64,000 nucleotides of DNA from the NCBI GenBank assembly GCA_964514975.1, contig CAZESS010000008.1, forward strand, positions 1 to 64,000, in the 5' to 3' direction. Below the pieces are notes generated by a model. That model worked only from the letters and a program-made list of their open reading frames with translations. It did not search any database and was not told where the DNA came from. Source of the DNA: an uncultured Thermoplasmatales archaeon (lineage in GTDB: Archaea; Thermoplasmatota; E2; UBA202; DSCA01). A program made the position numbers and the translations under genes. Shown here in pieces: positions 57,113-64,000 of the stretch (the first letter of the stretch is position 1; each line of letters begins with the position of its first letter).

Positions 57113-58432
57113 ATGGACATCCTTCTTATTTATCCTCACCTGGAGCACGGCGTTACCACTCGGGAGGACAGCCACACCCCGTTTTCGAAGCTGTTCGGCA
57201 ATCCCTCTCTCACGCTGCCGCAGATAGCCGCCGTGACCCCCGACCGGCACAACGTCCGCATCCTCGACGAAAACTTCGAGCCCGTACGGTACGACGGCGA
57301 CTGGGACCTCGTCGGCATCAGCTGCCTGACCATGACCGCTCCCTACGCCTACCGGATGGCCGACCGGTTCAGGGAGCACGGCATCCCCGTGGCGCTCGGC
57401 GGATACCATCCCACGGCCTGCCCCGACGAGGCGAGCGAGCACGCCGACGCCATCGTCATCGGCGAGGGGGAGGCTGGGTGGCCGGAGCTCATCCACGACC
57501 TCGAGAACAGCGGCGGGCTCAAGCAGTTCTATGGCCGGGAGAGCTGCGTCCAGCCCGGGCAGATACCGGAGCCACGGATGGACCTCGTCAGATACAAGCC
57601 GCTCGCCGGGTGCATCCAGACCCAGCGGGGCTGCCCGCATGGCTGCGAGTTCTGCTCCACCTCCGCCTTCCTCGGACGGCGGGTGCGCAGCCGGCCGATA
57701 CCCGACGTCATCCGGGAGATGAAAAAAATCCCCAACAAGCTCATCATCTTCCGGGATGCATCGCTCACCATCAAGCCCACCTACAGCCGCAAGCTGTTCA
57801 ACGAGATGATCCGGCAGGACGTCAACAAAAAATGGATCGCCAACGGCAACATCAACATGCTCGGCCGCGACGAGGCGTTCCTCGAGCTGGCGAAGGAGGC
57901 GGGCTGCATCGCCTGGTTCGTCGGCATCGAATCCATCTCGCCCGAAAGCCTCAGAGAGGCGCACAAGAGCTCGAACACCGCCAGCCAGTACGAGGAGGCC
58001 ATCGCAACGATCCGGGACCACGGCATGGCGGTCATCGCCGGCATCATCTTCGGGTTCGACCATGACACCCCCGAGATATTCGGCACCACGCTCGAAAAAA
58101 TGCTGGAATGGGAAATCGATGCAGGCGAGTTCAACATCCTTACCCCCTACCCCGGCACGGCGCTCTTCGACCGCCTGGACAGCGAGGGGCGTATCTTCAC
58201 TAAGGACTGGTCCAGGTACACGCAGTCCAACGTGGTCTACGAGCCCAAAAACATGACACCGAAGGAGCTTCTCGAGGGCACCAGGCGGGTCATCAGGGGC
58301 TACTACAACGGCCCGCAGACCATGCAGCGTATCCTGAGCACCCTGAAAATCAGCGGGCTGGCCCCGACCTCGCTGGTCGTGCCCTCGGTCAACTTCGCCA
58401 TGCGCCGCTACTACTACCGGGAGTTCTGGTGA
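57113..58432 (+). CDS. B12-binding-domain radical SAM protein
   Basis: LGGYHPT, GEGE, RGCPHGCEFC, GIES, TPYPGT. Confidence 0.92.
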   Translation: MDILLIYPHLEHGVTTREDSHTPFSKLFGNPSLTLPQIAAVTPDRHNVRILDENFEPVRYDGDWDLVGISCLTMTAPYAYRMADRFREHGIPVALGGYHPTACPDEASEHADAIVIGEGEAGWPELIHDLENSGGLKQFYGRESCVQPGQIPEPRMDLVRYKPLAGCIQTQRGCPHGCEFCSTSAFLGRRVRSRPIPDVIREMKKIPNKLIIFRDASLTIKPTYSRKLFNEMIRQDVNKKWIANGNINMLGRDEAFLELAKEAGCIAWFVGIESISPESLREAHKSSNTASQYEEAIATIRDHGMAVIAGIIFGFDHDTPEIFGTTLEKMLEWEIDAGEFNILTPYPGTALFDRLDSEGRIFTKDWSRYTQSNVVYEPKNMTPKELLEGTRRVIRGYYNGPQTMQRILSTLKISGLAPTSLVVPSVNFAMRRYYYREFW

Positions 58433-58437
58433 ACGAC

Positions 58438-59064
58438 ATGAAAAAAGATGCAACCGTCAGGGTGCGAGATGCAAAGATACGGATGCTCGGGGTCGTCCAC
58501 GGGCTCGAGCGGGAAGGCACACGCGTGCAACAGGCCTTCCTGGCGTTTGAGCCGGACTGCTGCGCCGTCGGCATCCCCGAGGAGGACATAGAGACGCTGC
58601 GTTCCTGTCGTGAGGAAGAGAAGCCGGATTTTGAGACGACGCCGGAGCGTGACCTGTTTTTCGAGGAGCTCGCCCGGTATGGCACGGTGACGGTGCCCCC
58701 GGTAGACCTCGTCGCCGCGGCGACGCTGGCAGACGAGGAAGACATAGCGCTGGAGTCCATCGACCTGAACGACGAGGAATACGCGTCGCTGTTCACCGAC
58801 GAGATGTCGCTGCTCGGGCTCATGTACAACCGGTGGCGGAACCGCCGGGCTGAAAAAAAGAACATGGAGGCGGCAAGCGCCGAGGAGTTCGTGCTGGCAT
58901 GGGACGACATGTTCAACGCCACCCGGTCGTTCAGGGCGATAAAGCGGGCGCAGGAGCAGCACATGATAGACCGGCTGTGGTCGCTCGCCGGCCGCCATCG
59001 CCGCATCCTCGCCGTCATCCCGCTTGAGCGCTACAATGGCGTCGCGAGCGGGCTCGGCCATTGA
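58438..59064 (+). CDS. Hypothetical protein, possibly TraB/PrgY-like fold
   Basis: LGVVHG, EPD..AV pattern; closely follows the radical SAM gene. Confidence 0.55.
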   Translation: MKKDATVRVRDAKIRMLGVVHGLEREGTRVQQAFLAFEPDCCAVGIPEEDIETLRSCREEEKPDFETTPERDLFFEELARYGTVTVPPVDLVAAATLADEEDIALESIDLNDEEYASLFTDEMSLLGLMYNRWRNRRAEKKNMEAASAEEFVLAWDDMFNATRSFRAIKRAQEQHMIDRLWSLAGRHRRILAVIPLERYNGVASGLGH

Positions 59065-59107
59065 AAAAACATAAAAAGAGAGGCGGTATTACCATCGAGG
59101 TATCATC

Positions 59108-60424
59108 ATGGCAAGGCAAAAAGTCGTTATTCTGGGCGCTGCGGGACGGGATTTTCACAACTTCAACGCATACTACCGGGACAACGAGGACTACGAGGTC
59201 GTGGCGTTCACCGCCACACAGATACCGGACATCGCCGGCCGGAAATATCCGTCGGAACTCACCGGCGGGCTGTACCCGGACGGCATCCCGATTTTGCCTG
59301 AAACAAATCTCCCCGAGATAATCGACGAGCACGGGGTAGACGAGGTTGTTTTCGCCTACAGCGACGTTCCCTATGACTACCTGATGCACCGCTCGGCGAT
59401 CGCCAACGCCGCCGGTGCGGACTTCCGGCTGCTCGGCCCCGACCATGTCATGCTTCCCTCAAAAAAGCCGCTTATTGCCGTCGTGGCGGCGCGGACCGGC
59501 TGCGGCAAGTCACAGATATCCCGGAAGCTGTTCGAATTGCTCTCCGAGCGGCATGACGTAGCGGCGATACGGCACCCGATGCCATATGGCGACCTGGCGA
59601 AGCAGGCGGTACAGCGCTTCGCGGGCTACGACGACCTCGACCGGCATCGGACGACCATCGAGGAGCGCGAGGAATATGAGCCCTACATCGACATGGGGGG
59701 CGTGGTCTACGCCGGCGTTGACTATGGCGCCATCCTCGAGCGGGCGGAGGAGGACGGCGACGTGATCATCTGGGACGGCGGCAACAATGATTTCCCGTTT
59801 TACCGGCCCGATTTGCATATCACTATCGTTGACCCGCATCGCGCGGGCCATGAGCTTGCCTACTATCCGGGAGAGGTCAACGTCCGGATGGCGGACATCG
59901 TCATCGTGAACAAGGTGGACACCGCCGACGAAGGCGATATCAAACAGGTTGAGGAGAACGTCCGGAGCGTCAACCCCGACGCGCAGATCATCCGGATGAC
60001 CTCGGAGGTAACAATGGAGGACGGCGACCTGGCGGGCAAACGGGTGCTGGTCATCGAGGACGGGCCGACGCTGACCCATGGCGAGATGGAGTTCGGCGCG
60101 GGTATCGTCGCCGCCCGCAAGGCTGGTGCCATCCCGGTTGACCCCCGCGATGCAGCCGTGGGCTCCATCAGGGACACCTTTGAGAAATACAGCCATCTTG
60201 AAAACGTGCTACCCGCGCTCGGCTACGGCGAGGAGCAGGTCGCGGAGCTGGAGGAGACCATCGGCCGCGTGGACTGCGATGTCGTGGTATCGGCGACGCC
60301 GATCGATATCACCCGCCTGGTCGACGTGGACAAGCCCATCGTCAGGGTCAGATACGGCGTCGGCGAGGAGGGCGAACAGACGCTCCGCAGGGTGCTTGAT
60401 TCATTCGCCGCCGAGCATCTCTAG
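59108..60424 (+). CDS. arcE: Probable arginine synthetase (COG2403 'GTPase'/cDPGS-like family)
   Basis: ILGAAGRDFHNFN, VAFTATQIP, RTGCGKSQ, RHPMPYGDL, TIEEREEYEP, WDGGNNDFPF. Confidence 0.75.
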   Translation: MARQKVVILGAAGRDFHNFNAYYRDNEDYEVVAFTATQIPDIAGRKYPSELTGGLYPDGIPILPETNLPEIIDEHGVDEVVFAYSDVPYDYLMHRSAIANAAGADFRLLGPDHVMLPSKKPLIAVVAARTGCGKSQISRKLFELLSERHDVAAIRHPMPYGDLAKQAVQRFAGYDDLDRHRTTIEEREEYEPYIDMGGVVYAGVDYGAILERAEEDGDVIIWDGGNNDFPFYRPDLHITIVDPHRAGHELAYYPGEVNVRMADIVIVNKVDTADEGDIKQVEENVRSVNPDAQIIRMTSEVTMEDGDLAGKRVLVIEDGPTLTHGEMEFGAGIVAARKAGAIPVDPRDAAVGSIRDTFEKYSHLENVLPALGYGEEQVAELEETIGRVDCDVVVSATPIDITRLVDVDKPIVRVRYGVGEEGEQTLRRVLDSFAAEHL

Positions 60425-60450
60425 CCCCGTCTTTTTTTTTCTTTTTTTGT
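60425..60450 (+). terminator. T-rich terminator
   Basis: TTTTTTTTCTTTTTTTG after the stop at 60424. Confidence 0.6.
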
Positions 60451-60500
60451 ATCATTTCGCGGTGCGGGATGGGATAATGGTTTTATAGAATCCTGGCCAT

Positions 60501-62054
60501 ATGGCGTCTATGAAAACCGTGTATGTGTGCATCTTGCTGGCCGCCGTCATCGGACTGGCGCCGCTGGGCGGCATGCCGCCGGAGGTACATGACCATGTTC
60601 CGCTGACTAAAAACGCTGCCGGTGCCAACGACGATTTTGACCCGACGTGCGACATCGAGGTGACCGTGGACATCCAGCGGATACGGTCGCTGGTGGCGGA
60701 CGACGTGCGCCCCGTGACCATCGACCGGATTGATGCAATGAGCGATCCTGACTTTTACGTGAAGGTGTACATCAATGGGGAGGCATTTGTCAGCCCGGTC
60801 TGGCAGAACCAGCGATATGTCTCCGATGGCTGGATGGCGACGGCGGACGTGCCCGACGACGAGGAGTATGTCGACGTGGTCATCGAGCTCTGGGACAAAA
60901 ACTCCGGGCTGGACCGGTTATGCGACCTGAGCTCCAACGACGACCCGTATCCTTTCAGCTTCACCGTCAACCTGACCTACAGCATCAAGACAGGCCACTG
61001 GTATGGAGACGACTACATCTATTCCGGCGAATACTGGGATGACCCTGACCCGAGCGGCTACGGCCGGCTGAACGGCTGCGACGACGGCAGCATCTACCAG
61101 CACAACCGGGACTGCGAGCTCTGGTTCGACATCCATCAGAGCGACCCCGACGGCGATGGCATCCCCTACTGGACCGAGGTCAACAGGTATGGCACCGACC
61201 CCCAGGCTGACAACACCGGCGAGGATGCCGACGGCGACGGCGTGCCCATCGAATGGGAACACCGGTGGGGCCATGCCTTCGAATGGAACTGGTGGGACGA
61301 CGAGGTAGAGGACATCTGGACATATGACCCCTTTGTGCCGGAAAACCACAGCGAGCTGGACCCAGACAACGATGGCCTCACAAATCTCGAGGAATACCGG
61401 ACGTCGCAGTGGGGCTCCGATCCGTTCCGAGCCGACCTGTTCATCGAGCTCGACCAGATGAAAGCGGGCAGCGACGGGCAGCAGGCCAGCACGCTCACGC
61501 AGGGCGCAAAAGAGCGGCTGCGGACCGCCTACGACAAGCACAACATCGTCTACCATCTCGACGACGGCTCAATGGGCGGCGGGGAGATGATACCCTTCGA
61601 GGAGGAAACCGACGGACGGGAGCTGCGGAACGACTACTACCAGGACTACTTCCTGCACAACGGCGAGAACGAATGGCGGCAGGGCGTCTTCCATTACGGC
61701 GTGGTGATATGGGACGGTGGCTTCAACGGATACGCGGTCCGGCGGGACATGTGGCAGATATCCGCCCGATATGTCGAGGAGAAATGCCGGCAGCTGTTTT
61801 TCGTGGACGAGGACATCGTCTACGCCAGCGTGTTCATGCACGAGACGGGCCATTCCCTCGCCATCTGGAACCCGGGCGTGGACAATGACAACGCGATGTA
61901 TCCCTGGCAGCCCGAATACTGGAAATACCGGCCCTACCGGAGCTGCATGAACTACGGGTACACCTACACCTTCGTCGACTACTCCGATGGCTCCCGCGGG
62001 ATGAACGACTTCGACGACTGGAGCGACCTCGACCTCACCTATTTCGACGACTGA
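60501..62054 (+). CDS. Secreted putative zinc metallopeptidase with Ca-binding DxDGDG repeats
   Basis: Signal peptide; DPDGDG, DADGDG, DPDNDG; MHETGH (HEXXH); SCMNY. Confidence 0.75.
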   Translation: MASMKTVYVCILLAAVIGLAPLGGMPPEVHDHVPLTKNAAGANDDFDPTCDIEVTVDIQRIRSLVADDVRPVTIDRIDAMSDPDFYVKVYINGEAFVSPVWQNQRYVSDGWMATADVPDDEEYVDVVIELWDKNSGLDRLCDLSSNDDPYPFSFTVNLTYSIKTGHWYGDDYIYSGEYWDDPDPSGYGRLNGCDDGSIYQHNRDCELWFDIHQSDPDGDGIPYWTEVNRYGTDPQADNTGEDADGDGVPIEWEHRWGHAFEWNWWDDEVEDIWTYDPFVPENHSELDPDNDGLTNLEEYRTSQWGSDPFRADLFIELDQMKAGSDGQQASTLTQGAKERLRTAYDKHNIVYHLDDGSMGGGEMIPFEEETDGRELRNDYYQDYFLHNGENEWRQGVFHYGVVIWDGGFNGYAVRRDMWQISARYVEEKCRQLFFVDEDIVYASVFMHETGHSLAIWNPGVDNDNAMYPWQPEYWKYRPYRSCMNYGYTYTFVDYSDGSRGMNDFDDWSDLDLTYFDD

Positions 62055-62067
62055 CCACAGCCATCCC

Positions 62068-64000
62068 TCACCGCTCCCGTTCTGCCATGGCGACCTGCTG
62101 CGTGACAGGGATAACGCTGTCCGGGTTGACCGAAATGGAGTCGATGCCGGCGCCGGCGAGAAACGCCGCAAAGCCGGGATGGTCGCTGGGCGCCTGCCCA
62201 CAGAACCCCACCGTGCATCCCTGCCCATGGGCACGCTCGATGAGCGACACGATCATGCGTTTGACCGCCTCGTCCCGCTCGTCGAACAATCCGGAGAGCA
62301 GCTCGGAGTCACGGTCGACGCCCAGCGTCAGCTGCGTGAGATCGTTGGAGCCGATTGAGAAGCCGTCAAATCGCCGGGCAAACTCGTCAGCCAGGATGAT
62401 ATTGGATGGTATCTCCGCCATCATGTAGACTTTCAGGCCGTTTTCGCCCCGCCGGAGCCCGTTGCCGGCAAGCTCCTCCAGGACGAGGTCGGCCTCCCGG
62501 ACGGTGCGGCAGAAGGGAATCATGACGATGACGTTATCCAGGCCCATGTGCTCCCTGGCCCGGCAAATGGCCCGGCATTCCAGCGCGAAGCCCTCCCGGT
62601 ATTGCTGGCTGTAGTAGCGGCTCGCGCCGCGGAAGCCGAGCATCGGGTTGCTTTCGACGGGCTCAAAGGAGGCACCACCGACCAGGTTGGCGTACTCGTT
62701 GCTTTTGAAGTCGCTCATCCGGACGATGACCGGGTGCGGGTACTGCGACGCCGCTATGCGGCCGATACCCCGGGCCAGCCGGTGGACGAAGTAGTCCGTC
62801 CTGTCGCTGTAATGCCGGGTCAGCCGGGCTATCGTCTCCCTTGTCTCGGATTCCTCGATCTCGTCGAAGTGCACGAGCGCGAGGGGGTGGACCTTGATGA
62901 TGTTGTTGATGATGAACTCCATCCGGGCGAGGCCGATACCCCGGGCGGGCAGCCGCCACCATCGGAAGGCGGCGCCGGGCGTGGCGACGTTCATCATGAT
63001 GGAGGTATGGGTGCGTGGTATCTCCTCGATGTCCACGGTTTCAACCTCGTAGCCAAGGATACCTTCGTAGATGACGCCCTGTTCGCCCTCGGCGCAGGAC
63101 AGGGTTATCTCCTGGCCGTCCTCGATGGCCTCTGTCGCATTGTCGGTCCCGACGACGGCGGGGATGCCGAGCTCCCGGCTGACGATGGCGGCATGGCTCG
63201 TGCGGCCGCCATGGTCGGTTATGATGCCCGCAGCTTTTTTCATGACGGGCACCCAGTCCGGATGGGTCATCCCGGTCACCAGGATGGAGCCCTCCTCGAA
63301 GCGGTGCATGTCCCCGGTGCCCTTGATGACCTGCGCCCTGCCCGTGGTGATGGCCTGCCCGATGGCGAGCCCGGTGACGACCGTGCGGCCCTGCTCCCGG
63401 AGGCGGTAGGTATGCAGCGTGGTCCCGGTCTGCCGGGACTGGACCGTCTCAGGTCGAGCCTGCAAAATGTACAGCCCACCGGTTTCGCCGTCCTTCGCCC
63501 ATTCGACATCCATCGGCCGGCCGTAATGCCGCTCTATCCGGGCGGCCCACCGGGCGAGCTGCAATATCTCGTCGTCCGACAGCACAAAAGAGGCACGCTC
63601 CTCCATGGACGTGCCGATGGTCTTGGTGCTCTGGACCTCTCCGCTGGTGTACACCATCTTGGTGGTCTTCGGGCCGCAGGTTTTCCCGATGATCGGGTGC
63701 AGCCCGCCGCGGTCGAGCAGTGGCTTGAACACGACGTATTCGTCGGGGGTGACGCTGCCCTGGACCACGTTTTCGCCGAGGCCCCATGATGCATTGATGA
63801 CCACGGCATTGGGAAACCCCGTCTCGGTGTCGATGGTGAAGATGACGCCGGCGCCCGCCATGTCGGAGCGAACCATTTTCTGGATGCCGATCGAGAGCGC
63901 CACCTCTAGGTGGTCAAAGCCATGCTCCTCCCGGTAGATGATGGCGCGGTCGGTGAACAGGGAGGCAAAACACTTCCGACATGCCTCGATAACGGCGTTG
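62068..64000 (-). CDS. ppsA: Phosphoenolpyruvate synthase (5' end outside the window)
   Basis: WGLGE, GGRTSHAAI phospho-His motif, NPMLGFRG, SIGSNDL; frame open to the window edge. Confidence 0.95.
   Translation of the reverse strand, partial: NAVIEACRKCFASLFTDRAIIYREEHGFDHLEVALSIGIQKMVRSDMAGAGVIFTIDTETGFPNAVVINASWGLGENVVQGSVTPDEYVVFKPLLDRGGLHPIIGKTCGPKTTKMVYTSGEVQSTKTIGTSMEERASFVLSDDEILQLARWAARIERHYGRPMDVEWAKDGETGGLYILQARPETVQSRQTGTTLHTYRLREQGRTVVTGLAIGQAITTGRAQVIKGTGDMHRFEEGSILVTGMTHPDWVPVMKKAAGIITDHGGRTSHAAIVSRELGIPAVVGTDNATEAIEDGQEITLSCAEGEQGVIYEGILGYEVETVDIEEIPRTHTSIMMNVATPGAAFRWWRLPARGIGLARMEFIINNIIKVHPLALVHFDEIEESETRETIARLTRHYSDRTDYFVHRLARGIGRIAASQYPHPVIVRMSDFKSNEYANLVGGASFEPVESNPMLGFRGASRYYSQQYREGFALECRAICRAREHMGLDNVIVMIPFCRTVREADLVLEELAGNGLRRGENGLKVYMMAEIPSNIILADEFARRFDGFSIGSNDLTQLTLGVDRDSELLSGLFDERDEAVKRMIVSLIERAHGQGCTVGFCGQAPSDHPGFAAFLAGAGIDSISVNPDSVIPVTQQVAMAERER

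Noticed and set aside
1-64000. CRISPR array, cas genes, rRNA, transposases, defence systems
   Set aside because: No regularly spaced repeats or recognisable signature proteins seen by eye

Overview
GC-rich archaeal chromosomal segment. Archaeal markers are TBP, archaeal DnaG, Hel308, Cgi121, Dph2, DGGGP synthase, PGF-CTERM proteins and TATA-box promoters. The gingipain-rich secretome plus Mbh suggests an anaerobic peptide-fermenting Thermoplasmatota lineage such as MBG-D/DHVEG-1 (inference). Left to right: three co-oriented secreted proteins, two of them C25 gingipains; housekeeping genes (dnaG, metG); an RHH-PAS-PAS regulator; a four-subunit Por/Vor-type operon; a 12-kb redox/nitrosative/metal-stress cluster; a lower-GC patch with two PGF-CTERM-type surface proteins; a complete 14-gene Mbh [NiFe]-hydrogenase operon; tbp; tRNA-Arg(GCG); hel308-cgi121; an IMPase/NAD kinase/JAMM/mfnA/hpt/dph2 operon; a probable arginine synthetase (ArcE); and the 3' part of ppsA. 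Top candidates for new biology: (1) a gene absent from the ORF track (2673..<1, minus strand) that fuses a C25 gingipain to an agmatine/peptidyl-arginine-deiminase-like domain; (2) a 14-bp palindrome (consensus TTAACAATTGTTAA) at three promoters of the stress cluster; (3) a divergent pair of uncharacterised secreted paralogs; (4) an inverted-repeat/triple-TATA element upstream of tbp. Two single-base frameshifts (cutA, copB) may be sequencing errors. No CRISPR array, transposase, integrase or rRNA was seen. All calls come from motif recognition by eye; no database search was run.
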